Below the pieces are notes generated by a model that saw nothing but the letters and a program-made list of their open reading frames with translations, was not told the DNA's origin and ran no database searches. From assembly GCA_043228905.1 (NCBI GenBank), contig JBHGNT010000006.1, forward strand, positions 10,354,001-10,418,000: a stretch of DNA of 64,000 nt, read 5' to 3'. The position numbers and the translations under genes were made by a program. Origin of the DNA: Azolla caroliniana (Eukaryota; Plantae; Polypodiophyta). Shown here piece after piece: positions 35,043 to 48,500 of the stretch; within the stretch, counting starts at the first letter, position 1; each line of letters starts with the position of its first letter.

Positions 35043-37161
35043 TTTCTGTGTTGCCGTCGCTCTGATACCACTTTGTTGAAAAACAGTGCTCGGCCACAAC
35101 CGAGGAATAGGATCAACTCACAGAAAACAGGAAATACACAATGCACGAAGGCAATAGAGAGAAGAGTGCACAGGATGTTTTACGTGGAAAACCCTAAATG
35201 GGAAAAAAACCACGGGAGTCCTCAAACTCCAACTATCACTATGAACAGAGATGTACAATGGTGAAGCTACAAGGCAACAACCTTGAGCTCACTGTCTTCG
35301 CCACAGGCGGCGGTAATACACAGAGGCAACGACCTCTTCGTCTTTCTCACTCTCTCTCTCTCTCTCTCTCGGCTGCTCTCTTCACTCTCTCTAAGTGGAA
35401 AACAGAAAACATGAGCAGCAACATAAAACTGTTTGCCCTAAGTCATATTTATACACATATGACTTTCCGGCTATATACAAATATAGCCACAAGGGCCCTT
35501 GGCAAACATATTCACAAATATGTCCCCGCATCCGGATCTCTCTCCGGGTACATACATCATCCGGCTCCGTAGCCGGGTCTTCATCATCCGGCTCCGTAGC
35601 CGGGTCTTCAACATCATCCGGCTCCGTAGCCGGGTACTCTTCATCCGGCTTCATGCCGGGTCTTCAACATCATCCGGCTCCGTAGCCGGGTACTCTTCAT
35701 CCGGCTTCATGCCGGGTCTTCAACATCCGGCTCCGTAGCCGGGTCTTACATCATCCGGCTCCGTAGCCGGGTACTCTTCATCCGGCTTCATGCCGGGTAC
35801 TCCTCATCCGGCTTCATGCCGGGTACTCTTCATCCTCCGGTTCCGTAACCGCAACCGGGCTTGCCATCATTCATCTCCGGACATCCCATCCGGAGGGACC
35901 GTAAATCCCAACACGAAGAGGTCGGAACAAGCGGCAGCGGCGGTAGTGTCAAGAAGGATAGAGTCGACCGGAAGAAAATGGCCAAGACCCGGACGTGGTC
36001 CGGTGTGGTGAAGGGCCTGAAACCAGAAGACGAGTTGGAGAACACCGACTCGGACAAGAGCTTGAATGCATCGAAGGAAACCGATTTGGTTTAAGATTCG
36101 GAGAAGATGGATCAACTAAAGGCCAAGCGGACACGGACGTAGTGGAAGTCGATGCCAACACAAAAGAACCGACAGGTTGACAAGCGTCGGAGTCGCAGCA
36201 ACGAGGGAGCTAAAATGGGCCTGTTGAGCAGACAAGTCGACCGAGGAGGTCGAGGTGCACAGAACTAGAAGGGTCGCAGCAAACAAGACCGGACCGAACG
36301 GGGAACGCGAGCGAGGCGGAGCAACGCTAGAAGGAGCCGGGTAGAAGAATCGGTTGCCGCGGACACTAACACCACGATCTGACCTCAAGTTGAGTTTGAG
36401 GGGGAGTGTTGAGTGAGCAAGCTCAACCAGATCCGGATCGGTTGAATAAGCTAGAGCTGGATCAACATCCGAAAGGATGAACCGGATCGGTATCCGGAAA
36501 CAACCGACTAGATCGGGGAGCCGGATTTGAGTGGGAACCGGAAGCCTAGTAGTAGCCTAGACTACTAGGTAATCATTGTCTCATAGTTAGTGTTAGTCGC
36601 ACGTGTGAGCATTGAAGTACCTGTCAGTACTTCTGTCAGTCCTTTATGGACTTGTATAAATAGTGTTGTTTAGCACGTTGTATGTACAAAGTTTTAGAGT
36701 TATTTTTGAATATAGTCTATGTTCTGCTCTCTCTGTCTCTCCTGTATATACTCTCTGTGTTAAGCTTCTCCATTAAAACCTTCATCTCATTTTCTGTTGC
36801 TATCCGACTGAGCCGGTTCTGTCTGACGCTTCCGCACATTAACATTCACAAGTTACATATTCTCCATGACTATGAGTCTTCACATTCCCCAACTGAGAGT
36901 GGTTGTGGGAGTTATTTAATGAAGAGAGAGGGTGACTATATATAAAGCACCCTCCTCATACTTCATAAAAAGTTGGTTGTGACTCCTTGTAATGCTACAT
37001 TTTTGTATTTGCTATTTTACTTGTGAATATACATCCTTCTTCTTCTTGAGTATTTCATTTCTCTAGTTGATCTATCTTGTGTTTCTCTTATCTTCTCTCT
37101 TTTCTCTCACACATAACACACATCTCTTCCGCTACACAAGAATCATATCCGATTCTTTACA

Positions 37162-38950
37162 ATAATTTTATGATTTGTTTCCATATGTCTATAGCAAAAC
37201 CACAACTCCGGCAGTTCGTATTAAATCCGCATAGAAAGGGCACATCTTGTCTACATTTACTTTTCGCCATCCATTAACTGGTATAGCTTTATGAACCAAC
37301 AACCAATGAAAACAAACAATTTTCCTACTCGTTTTTATACCCCATAGCCATTTTCAAAATTGTTTGAGATGTTGTGGAGAAAGTCCATTTCATCTCCAAA
37401 AAACATTAGTTGGTTCTTTTCATGATCTAGCACCTAATATTTTTCTACCAATCTTCACAGAATATTGAAAGAAAGGCACATATTTTATGTGATCTTGCAC
37501 CCACACCTTCCAATTAGTTCTCTAGGATCCCAAGTTAATCTAGATATTGGTTTCCTTTCCATAATCCAAATCCTGCAAAAAGAATTCACCTTTTGAGGAT
37601 CCGGGTCTAAGACCCAATTTGATTCATCATTTGCGATTACCCTCACTTCTTTATGCAAACAAAACCTAAACAAATTATTTTCCTTAGGTGTAAAGATTAA
37701 CCGCCAATCATCCTGTACATAAAAAATCATACACTCTTGTTCAATTAAAACAAAATGGGTTTTAACTCCAATTAAAACATCCAATGGAGTAAATAAACCC
37801 ATCCACTTCTATGTAGCAGATCGAATTTGCATCTGAATATTAGAAAGGGCATTTTGTTTTGCAAAATATATTATCTTCCCATCCCTTATATTACTAATCA
37901 ATAACATTTGTTGACCTATAGGTTTAGATAGAAATGTTGTTCATGCACCTACAGACTGTGCTGGGCCACAATCTAATTCTGCTCATGCACATCTAGTACG
38001 CCTTCCCGACATTTGTCCTCTCTAGTAAGTCAACCATGAATTCCAAATCAGGGGTTGTCTACAAGATTCAGATTCTGTTTTTGGCAATCTCTTAACTAAA
38101 TCAAGAGAAACATCTTTCTATGCATTAAGAATAGATCGAGCAAATCTGTCTTCCCAGTTTGTGGCAATAGCCAACTTGTTATGTCCCATAAAAGCCCACC
38201 TAAAATTAGGTCTCCAATCCCCACCAGTTTTGGGACAAAAGTTTTGCAATTCATAAACCAACAATTGTTTCCAAGGTTCTGATCCCAACAACAATCCTCG
38301 AATCACCAAATTTGCAATCAAAGCTTTGGATTGTTGTAATGGATCTACAATCCCTAATCCTCCCTGATCCAATGTCTTAACAATCGTGGATGACCTTTGC
38401 TCTGGCATGGCTTCCATCATTACCAGACCACAAATAATTCTAGATCAATATTTGTAATTGTTCCATACATGAACTAGAAAAACTCCAACATGACATAATA
38501 TACTAGAGGCTAGACAACATAACTTGATTAACAACTATCACTCTACCCCCAAATGATAGTTTAGCTTTACTCCAAAACAATAGTTTTTTCCTAATTTTCA
38601 ATAGCAAAGAAGCAACCTAAATTTCTGAAGAAATATTCAAACCTACTTGGCATCCCAAATATCTAATTGAAGTGCCCTCGGGAATCCATCGGAAATCTGG
38701 ATGAGGACTCCATTGTGGAGTTGTGTAATTTGACGACACCCAAAAACCCACTGATTTATTCCTGAAGCCATACAAAATGTTTGCACTATTATGTACATTT
38801 TCTGCAGATTATTAATCTGAGCATCTAGATACAAACTTGTATCATTAGCAAATTCTACATCGACAACATTTGTCCCATCAAGGGGCATTGCTATTCTTTT
38901 CAATCCAACCTCTTCAACAGTCAAAAACAAATTCATCGCTTTAGCAATAG
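37162..38950 (-). mobile_element. L1-type LINE ORF2 (end of RT to zf-RVT region), 5'-truncated and decayed
   Basis: VEFANDTSLYL (decayed FADD), IRYLG, LSFGGRVIVVNQV, QGGLGIVDP and WLLVHKAIPV in alternating frames. Joins 13079 across the A TSD. Confidence 0.85.
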
Positions 38951-38989
38951 ACTGTTTTCATGTTAAGGATCTAGATGTTATAGTGCATC

Positions 38990-40770
38990 TTCTTAATCGT
39001 GTCCATTCTTTATTGATCAATATATTTGAATGCATATTTGTAACATAATTGTGAGCGAGGTTATTTAAGAACACAATTTCAAGAATTTATAGAGAAGACA
39101 ACAATTGCTTTATAATGTATCCATCAAATATTTATGAATCAATATTGTGGAATGGGTATATTTTTTTCGCCAATTATAATTTTTCTTCTTTTCAATTATT
39201 ACACACACATGAAAAGACATGAACCATGCATGACACATGAACCCATGCGCCATGACTAGAACATTATAAATGGCCAAGGTTGCAAATTATGGAATAGGTA
39301 TTGATCCAAATAATTCGAGTCTTTTTGTTTTAATAAGATATGATCCTTAAACCTAGAGCTAGATGAATCTTTATATAATGATTAAACAATGGAAATAGTG
39401 GGGACCAAACACGTGACTAGAAGGGTACAAGATGTTGACTATGGGATAACAACATGGTACTAACTGATGTGAAGGATTTATATGCTACATTACATCTATC
39501 CTAATCGTGCTCATATTCATTACTAATCAATATCCTTGTGAGTTAGGTTTGTTAAGAAATCATAATTTAAAGAATTCAAAAACAAGATATTAATTGATTA
39601 ATCATGCATCCACCCATTATCAATCAAAATCATGGAATGGATATATTTTTGTCAACAATTAGAATGTTCTTCTTTCGAATTCCTACGATCGCAAATGAAA
39701 CAATGCTAACCACGACGCATGAGCCCATAACAAGAATATGTATCACCAATCATTGTAACAAATGACCTAGATTACATGATAGAATGGGAGTTGATCCAAA
39801 CAATGTGAATATTTTCTCTTTTAGAAGGACATGATCCCTAAGATCCCTAAATTTGGAACTAGATGAACATGTTATATAATGAATAAGCAATGCTAAATTT
39901 GGGAATGAAACACATTATCACAAGGGTAATAGATGCATATGGAGTAACAATGTGGTACAAATTGATGTGAAGTACCGACATTCTATATGACATATCTCCT
40001 AATCATGTCCATGTTTGTTATTGATCAATCATCTCATAGTATGTATGTATAACATAATTGCGAGCTACTTTATTAGAAGAATGGATAGAAAATGTAACAA
40101 TTGTTTAATCGTTATTGATTATCAATGAGTATTGTGCAATGGATATATTCTTCTCAACAATTAATATTTTCTTCTTTTGAATTCATAACGTCACATATGT
40201 AACAATGTCAACTGACACATGAGCCCATGACTAGAATGTAATGGCTTTATATTAAATGACCTAGATTGCATATTGTGGAATGGAAATTGATCCAAACATG
40301 TGTTTTTCTCTTTCAAGACAACATGTTCGTTGAATCTAGAACTAGATGAACAATGCAAACCATGGGGATCAAACCCATGAAGACATTAGTAAGAAATGTA
40401 TACTATGGCAAAACAATGTGGTATGAATTGAGGCAAATGATCTTCATGCTATATTACATGTTTCCTCGCCATACCCATATTCATTATTGATCAACTTTCC
40501 CAAATTGGTATTCATAGCGCAATTTTGGCGTTCTCCCTTTTAAAGACAAGCTGACATCATTTATAGATTTCTAGATATTGACATGTTAATAGATTGCATG
40601 AACTAAAATAGGTTGGTTTGCCAATATTGTTAATAGTTATTATTTGAAAATTTTAATCTATATTATACAATCTCAAGAATTTAAATGTTATCTAACATTC
40701 TATTTATCATGTCTCGAATAGCAATTAATCAATATTGTCGAATGAATATATTTGCGCAACCAACTTTATT
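38990..40770. repeat. Old degenerate tandem repeat, ~490-bp unit, about 3.5 copies
   Basis: Landmark aatattgtggaatgg.tatatt at ~39140, 39628, 40130 and 40731. acatgagcccatgactagaa, ttgatccaaa and ctagatgaa recur in the same order. Confidence 0.7.
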
Positions 40771-41430
40771 GTTTCACCAACAAATTCACACCCTTCGATT
40801 TGACTGAGATTTAATATCGATCATTATTATGAAATGGGTATAGATTGAATGGATGTAAGTTTTGCTCTTTTTTCAATGAAGAGCTTCCTAAATCTAGACC
40901 ACCATGCCCATATAATGTACAAAAAATTTGATAAGTACTGTGGATTGGGTATGTAGATTCCTATTTGAGTTTGAGTTTTTCTTTTGAGAAAATGACACCA
41001 TTTCTATTATCTAAGACTACCATGGGCCAATGAAATAAGCAAGTAAATGAAATTGACGTGACCTCAAGCTTTGGAGACTTGTTAATTGATGAATAGACTA
41101 GCTAATTTTTATAGAGAACTTTAGAGGATGGGTTCTCCTAAGTGATGACTACTATATGTTTCTTAAGTCCATTCCTCATTGTGAGGTGTCTTTTATTAGT
41201 ACCTAGAATAGTAAGATGATTTGGTTAACCTAAGTATACATTGCTTGATCATGTTCCCATTGATTAATAATGATAATAGTTATGATCCTTTAGATGTTGT
41301 ATTTTTAACATAACTATGACATTTTCTTTCCCCAAAACAAACCTATAATAATTTAGATGATGTATTTTTATGACAATTATAACATTTTCTTTCCAAGAAA
41401 TGAGATTATATATATGGGAAAAAATGTTAA

Positions 41431-41495
41431 CACCAACCATGGGGCTCGAATCCATGACTACAAGGTTAGTACTCCACCAATTGAGCTAGGTTGGT
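41431..41495 (-). pseudogene. tRNA-Lys(CTT)-like pseudogene
   Basis: Minus strand accaacctagctcaattggtggagtac-taaccttgtagtcatggattcgagccccatggttggtg aligns to plant tRNA-Lys(CTT) (recalled), with ~9 nt of the anticodon arm deleted. A T6 terminator follows (41419-41424). Confidence 0.7.
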
Positions 41496-44269
41496 TTAAT
41501 ATGTTTGAATTGTCTACATATAATATATATATAATCGCAAGAATTGAAACGTCATATCGTTATAATACGCTAAATCAAGGCAATAGTTCAAAAAGGGGAA
41601 TTGTGTTATGTTGAATAGGTGAACTCTTTATGTGTTTGATATGGAACAAAGGATGTGGAAGGTTAATAGGTGAGTGGAGGAAGAGATTAAGAGGAGATGG
41701 GTTTGGGATGTAGAGGTGACAGTGATGCATTTCAAGGTCTAGACTCCAAATAAGATGCAATGGATCAAAGTGAGTTACATATTGATGAAAACACCTAAAT
41801 CACAAGGTTGAGAGTCTTATTACTTGATCATTACAATTCAACACAATGTGCTTGCTAGCTCATTACATCAATCCCTATGGATCAACAAGCACAATAACAA
41901 GTCATGGATGTTGAGATTCTAGCACTTCTGAGGATGTTAACACAATGTGAAAGCAGAGAGGGGACGAGGACGAAATTTGTTGTGGTGGAGAGGACATAGA
42001 GGTGATTAGAGTGGTGTACAACAACACATCAACATGTAAACAAGTGGGACTCATAGGACATTGGAGGTGCTAGATATTAAGGGGATGCAACTAGAAGTCT
42101 TGCATGAGTGAGGCAATTCCTTCATGTTACCCATGAGCAATTTATAGACAACAAGATGAGTGAATAGGGAGGTTGGTTGCGTTCATAGCTTGACTACGGC
42201 TGGACCAATTATGTGTCAACGATAGATTCAAACTCTCATTTGTAGGATGACGATAGGGTGTCTACTTGTCTCAAAAGACTAAACATTTGATACATTAGGG
42301 CCCTTATTAAAGTCGAAAGAGATGCCCCAATTTAGGGTGGAAGCTTGGACACTCGAATGAGGATGAGGTTAGGAGAAATTATATTGGTTTCAAGACATGA
42401 ATTGTGGCTTGGATGTTCGGATTAAGGATATCAACATCTTTTTTGAAGAATGGTAACACCAAGGGTGTTCGGCATCCGAGGATTCAACTTGTGGATTCAA
42501 TACATCTTATGACAACCCCTCAACTCAATGTGAACAATCTTAATACATCAATATCGTTTTTGTACATATGATAGAGAAGAGTAGGTGTACATGTTGTTTA
42601 ACTATTATATCAAGATAGAAAGTGTATAGTTAGATACAGAGAAGGGGCTCAAGTACGAAGGAGGGGCATATTGTAGCAATCAAAAGGCCAAGGCATTGGG
42701 GTCGTGATTTGGTCACCAAGGTGATAGGTTGGCCTATCACTATAGTCGTCATTCCCCTTAGGTTCATGGTGGAGACTAATATAATTAAGTTGAAAAGTAA
42801 CTACAAAATCTACATATTTTAACGATCTAGTGAAATTCCTTAGTGAACAGTTGTTGTGGACAAGTCTACCTGTGTGATCAGAAGTGGCAACAACTTGTGA
42901 AACATGAGAGTGTGTTAAAGGGTGATTGAAAGGGAGGGCTACATAAAGGAAAAAACCAATGAGGCATAAACCTCATCACGAATCGAAGTACGGTCCAAAA
43001 TGTGGGGGATATGGTATTTTACATGTTTATTTATTAGCGGTACTAGTTATATATTTATCGTTTTTATTGTTATCATCAACACCATTATAACGGGTCATTA
43101 TTAATGTTATAGTTGTTCTTTATTATTATTGTCATCAAGATTATGTGTGTGTATATAATATCTATGCCTATTTATTGCGTTTTCTTTCTTTCATTTTGTA
43201 CTTTTTCTTTATGGGAATCAAGCCTTTGTGTAATTGAGGAACTCATCGAAGGTGAGGGCCAAGGCTCTCATGTGTTCTAGGCCTTAGTGGAATCTATACC
43301 TTCATGGAAAAGATTCCTTTGTTGAAACATGGCTTTCGTGTAGATTGGGCCTTCGCAAAAAGTACGACTTTGTGGAAACATGATTTGTCTTTCGTGTAAG
43401 TTATGCTTTGAGTAATAGGGCATTCATGTGAATTTGAGGCCTTCATGGAAATCAAGGCATCGTGAAAGTGGAGGCTTTTGGAAAATCAATTCATCATTAA
43501 TCCTTGGTGGAATTCACAGTTTTGTTTAATACAAAGTATTCACATAAATTGAATCTACACTAGATTTAAACCATCAAGTAATTTGAAATGGAGAGAGGCA
43601 ACAAAGGTGTAGTTAGGCAGGTAGTTTTGAAAGTGGAACATGAGCTTGATATGCAAAAGTGTAGAAGCATGGGGAATATTGAGGATGAGAAGGATATCAA
43701 ATAAGAAAAAATAGAGAAGACGAATTAATGTAAGAAAGAAGACAAGAAAGAATTTGGGCAAGGAGCAAAGTAGGAGAATTGGAATGAAGAACATAGAAAG
43801 TAAATAATTAATATTGCGTAAAGGGAAAAGGTAAAATGTTAAAATGCAGTCAAACACAGGAAAAAGAAAAAGAATTAAAATAGGATTAAAGAATAAAACA
43901 AATAGGATACCCACTCATCTCATCTTCACTAGAAGCTTAATCCCTCTTCTCCTTTCTTTCCTTCTTTATTCATTGCTTAATTAGTGGTGACCATTAGCAC
44001 TACTGTTGTAATCACCTGCCCTTACTGTTGTATGTACTAAGATATAAAGGGTTCCCCTTAATTAATCAAATGTTATATATTCCTAAGTAAGGATCATCAA
44101 TTGTAATGCCATTGTCCTTTCTTAAAATTTTGGCTATTGTGTTAATTCATTGCCCTGGACTATGATTATTACGTTAATCGCATGTCTCACTCTAAGCCCA
44201 TGTACTAATCGTAGTTTACCTCTAAGAGAGAGAAAGAGAGGAAAGTGTAGAACAATTCTCTCCCATCGA

Positions 44270-44405
44270 CTCTAGTTTGGGCTCCCTTTGAGTTTGGGCT
44301 GCATTTGACTCTGGGTTGAAGCTCCCTTTGAGTTTGGAGCTCCCTTAAACTCTAGGCTCCTTTTGACTATGCACTCCCTTTGCCTCTGAGCTCCCTTTGA
44401 GTCTA
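44270..44405. repeat. ~20-bp minisatellite (gctccctttgagt/actctggg), resuming at ~44885-44945
   Basis: Direct read of repeated ctccctttga units. Confidence 0.7.
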
Positions 44406-44409
44406 TGCT

Positions 44410-44885
44410 ACCTAACAATCGGTAATGGTTTGGTTTGGTTTGATAGGGTCAAAACCGAACCGGTTAAAAATTTTGAAACCGGAATTGAACTGAACCATGA
44501 AAACCGTTAAACCGAACCGTTAAAAAAAGTTCAAACTGTTACACAAATAAACTGTTACAACCGCGGTTTCGTGGTTCGGTTTCAGTTTTCAACTTAGGTC
44601 AAAATCTAAAATTTTAAAGATGTTCCTAAAATCTGAGAATAAGGTCTAAAAATAAAAACATTGTTTAAAAATAATTTTTTAAAATTTTAAATGTTTTTAA
44701 AATTGTTTTAAAAATAAAAATAAAAAAACAAAAAAAATCGTTAAACAGTTTAAACCACGGTTTCTAACTGTTGAAATGGAACTGAACCGTTTAAAAAAAA
44801 CCTGAACCTGAACTGAACCGAACCGAACCGAATAGTTTAAACCGTTAAGCCGTGGTTTCACTATTCGTCAATTGTTAACACTATG
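44410..44885. mobile_element. Probable non-autonomous DNA transposon (MITE-like) rich in AACCG motifs
   Basis: Clusters of aaccgaaccg/cggtt at both ends around an AT-rich core, interrupting the minisatellite. No clear TIR or TSD resolved. Confidence 0.4.
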
Positions 44886-45286
44886 TTTGACTCTAGGCTC
44901 TGTTTCACTTTGAGCTTTGTCCAACTCTGTGCCTCCCTTCGAGTCTAAGGATCCTCCCTATTCCAAGACCCCTATGCCTATGGTTCTGCTTGAGTAGCAT
45001 ACACACGTGCATTATCACAACATCATTAGAACCTATGAAGGAGGAGCCGAAGATTGGCCTTGATTAGGGCTGACATAACCCTCCATAGCTTGGTGACGGG
45101 GTTCATGCCAACCAGCTCATGAATGGACAAAAGCTAGTTGTGCCCATCCAAGAGATGATCGCATCATGGGTAGCGATTATTGACACAATATATGTCTTGG
45201 TCGGCTATAATATGATGATGGGCCAACTAATCCGGAAGTGTGTGTATATCTTACTATGGAGCTAGCAAGCAAGCATAGGATGGAGA

Positions 45287-45505
45287 TGTAAAGCAATGTA
45301 CCTCTTCAAGAAAGTATAGAGAGAGAGAGAGAGAAAATTACACGGTTATGGCTCAAGAAGACTTTTCCTATATTAATCCCTTCGTACTAATATTACAATA
45401 CAGACTTCTCTCTTATATAGTTAGATTACCTAAGCCCTAACTCTGAGAGTGTTCACAGTAGGAATACAATTGGGTGGAGTAGGACTTTTAGCCCAACAAA
45501 CTCCC
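45287..45505 (-). mobile_element. Possible short LTR plus PPT remnant of another Copia
   Basis: tgtaaagc...cccaaca followed by aactccc (resembles the D LTR/PPT junction), with a (GA)n U5-like tract. Confidence 0.3.
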
Positions 45506-45506
45506 T

Positions 45507-48500
45507 TGTAAAAGGACTACTCTAATTGTTACAAGCTTAGGGGTAATCTCCCAGTAAAGAAACGAGAGTGGCATTACAGGTGATGTTGTGAAGTGGAAGT
45601 AAACTGTGTGTGTGTGTGTAAGAGAAGTAGAGAGGGAGAGAGCTTTGAACAAGAAGCTATATTAGTGAAAAGATAAATTACATCCAACAATAACTAAGTT
45701 ACAAAGAGTTGGTTTAAATACCAACTAGTCTAGGGCAAGCGCCCTTTTTACTAATTACAAAACTAGCATACTATGATGTCCACTAGCTAGTGTGAACATT
45801 GTCTCTATGGGAAGTTCCGTTCGATTCTTAACACGCCCCTTACTTTCGGATGTCGAAAAATTGGTTCGGTTTGATCCTCGAAAATCTTCAATTCATCTAA
45901 ATCGTCTTTCAGAAGGTTAGTTGACACAACTTTGTCTGTTCACGTGCTTCATGCTCCTTCTTCGGCTCGATTATCATTGTACTTCGACTCCTCTGATAAG
46001 CTTCAATCGACTACTTGGCTGCTGTTTGGCATCAACGACTACTGTTGTTTTTCGATGCCCCCCCTCAAGCACGGTTGGTCAGTGATTGAGAGAGCAAGGT
46101 TCGTTGTGAACTGTTGCAACTTGTCGATACCCAAGGCTTTTGTGAAGATGTCGACGACCTGAAGATTTGTGCTGATGTGTTGTAAATCGACATCTCCAAC
46201 TTGAACGCGCGCTCGGATGAAGTGATAGTGCACTTCGATATGATGAGTCCTCGCGTGGAACATGAGGTTTTGAGCCAGGTAGATACTGCTCATGTTGTCG
46301 CAATATAGGAGAATCAGATCTTTGATGGGAACACCCAGATCCTTTAATATGCGCTTTAACCAGACGACCTTGCATGCGGTGACTGCCGCACCCTTGTATT
46401 CGGCCTTTGTGCTCGACAATGTGATTGTGAACTGCTTTTTGCTGCTTCAAGAGATGGCTCCACTACCAAGAGAGAAGAAGAATCCGGATGTAGATCATCA
46501 ATTGAGTCCGTACAACGGTTTCTTGAGTCAGCAAACTGATGTTGGGTGTTTGCTCGATTCGAAACCGGGTGGTTGAATCATGAAGACCTCCTCTTGCAAT
46601 TCTCCTTGTAGGAAGACATTCTTTACATCCATTTAGTGGAGGTGCCACCCTTTTGCAGTTGCAAGAGCAATGACTATCTGAAAAGTCGTCATCTTTGCCA
46701 CCGGGGTAAAGGTCACCTGCAGTCGATCACTTTCTTGTGTGGAGAATGGGGGACGAGATCCCATGTCTCATTTTTTTCTTCGTTCATGGCTTCAATCCAT
46801 CGTGGATCCTTGGCTGCCTTGAAAAGGTTTCTGGTTCTCGGATTGTCGCCACCTTCATCGTAAAGGCATAATGATATGCCATATACTCGTCGTAGCCAAA
46901 TCGGCTAATCGGGTTTTCCTCTCGGGTGGAGCGACAAAGCTTCTCATTTGCAAAGACTACGTCTTTCTTTCCTCCATTCATTCGGATGATTGGGATATCC
47001 ACGCCTTCAAACTCACTATCAAGGGAGTGAGTTGACTCATTGATTGGATCTTCGTATTCTAGCTTTTTGTCCTTTCCTTTATCTAACCCTAGACTCAACC
47101 GAGATGTCCTTTGGTCACTCGAGGGTTCTTGTGCTCCACTCATCCTTGTGGTAATCAGACTTTCTTCGAACATCTGTCTGAGTTGATCTTTGTTTTCTAG
47201 CTCTTCGTCGGCCGAATCTGGGCCAATTGTTGTCGAAATCGGAGTTGTCTTTGGTTCATACTAGGATGCCGTCTCGATGAAAATGATGTCTCGACTCACC
47301 CTAACTTTTTGGCTAGAGGGGTTGTAACATTTGTACCCCTTTTGTTCGAGTGAGTATCCTACGATGATACATTTCTCTGACTTTAGGTTGAGCTTTTGTC
47401 GCGTCTCGTCGAGAATGTGTACATATGTGATCGAGCCGAAGATCTGGATATGTCATAGATTCGGCTTCTTTCTGAAAAACTTTTCATGAGGGGTTATGTC
47501 GTGTGGCCTAGAGGTTGTACATCTATTCATGAGATAGATGACTGTGTTAACTGCTTCGGCCAATACGATTTTGACATGTTCTTCTCGTTCATCATGGTCC
47601 TTGCTACCTCTACTATATGCCGATTCTTCCGTTCGCTACTCCGTTTTGTTGAGGTGTATGTTGGCATGAGAATTCTCTTCGAATTCCTTCCTGTCAGAGA
47701 TATGATGTAAAATCATCCGAGAAATACTCCTTGCCTCCATTTGATCGAATGCATCAGACATGCCGACTTGTAGCTTTTTTGACTTCGTTTTTAAACCATT
47801 GGAAAGGTCCGAACACTTCACTCTTCTGCTACATAGGATTGATCCAGGTATACCTCGAGAAGTCATCGATGAAGGTGACATAATATTGGCAACCACTGAA
47901 TGTTGCCATCTGGGATGATCCCCACACATTTGAATGTACTACATCCAGGATCCCTTTGCTCATGTTCCTCTCTTTCGAGAACGGTTGCCGGTGCTGTTTG
48001 CCGAATTAACAGGCTTCACATACACCTACAATCTCCTTTTCGGTGAAAGTTAGGAGTCGAATTACTAGTCCTTTCGAATGCATTCCTCCGAGCTTCTAGA
48101 TAGGTATGTGGCCAATTCGTTTGTGCCATAGTTTCAAGTAAGTTTCGATTTTGAGGCCTTTTGTGAAAATGGCCGACTTCACCTCATTCAATTCGAGGAT
48201 TAACATTCAACCTTCTCTTCGACTGTGAACTATGAGTCGATCGTGTTTTTCAATGAAGCACCCGTCATTGTTGAATCGTACTTGCATACCTTGTTCGACA
48301 ATTTGGCCAACCGAGACTAATTTTTTCGTGATGGTTGGAACATGCAAGACGTTCTTGAGGTAGGTTTGTTTGCCGTCACTCCCAAATGGGACATTTACGA
48401 TATGCCGAATCGAGTGAGTTGTGTTGACTCTGGTTTCGACATAGCCGGGTCGATCGGGCTTTCTCAACTCTCGGGACCAATATTCATGAGATGTCATGTG

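Larger units (their letters stand above)
30120..35913 (-). mobile_element. Copia D: intact young Ty1/Copia (Tnt1-like) element
   Basis: LTRs 30120-30958 and 35074-35913 (about 5 substitutions and 1 indel by eye), PBS iMet 35059-35070, PPT 30959-30968, TSD CGAAG (30115-30119 / 35914-35918). Confidence 0.97.
24864..36850 (+). mobile_element. Copia C: full-length decayed Ty1/Copia element inserted in the 3' LTR of A, hosting D
   Basis: 444-bp LTRs at 24864-25307 and 36407-36850, PBS TGGTATTAGAGC 25308-25319, PPT GAGGGGGAG 36398-36406, TSD AGTTA (24859-24863 / 36851-36855). Confidence 0.95.
13080..37161 (+). mobile_element. Copia A: full-length decayed Ty1/Copia element hosting B and C
   Basis: 5' LTR 13080-13532, PBS TGGTATCAAAGC 13533-13544, PPT 24706-24714, 3' LTR 24715-24863 plus 36856-37161, TSD ATAAT (13075-13079 / 37162-37166). 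Confidence 0.95.

Noticed and set aside
31246-35264. Numerous plus-strand ORFs opposite D pol
   Set aside because: Expected antisense shadows of a GC-rich coding strand.
35914-36400. Possible env-like extra ORF in the 3' region of Copia C
   Set aside because: Fragmented, hydrophilic and without transmembrane character; treated as 3' UTR.
41560-43000. Possibly a very old coding or retroelement remnant
   Set aside because: No motif recoverable by eye; needs a translated profile search.
43555-43914. Hydrophobic 119-aa ORF
   Set aside because: Arises from a purine-skewed low-complexity tract; not credible as a membrane protein.
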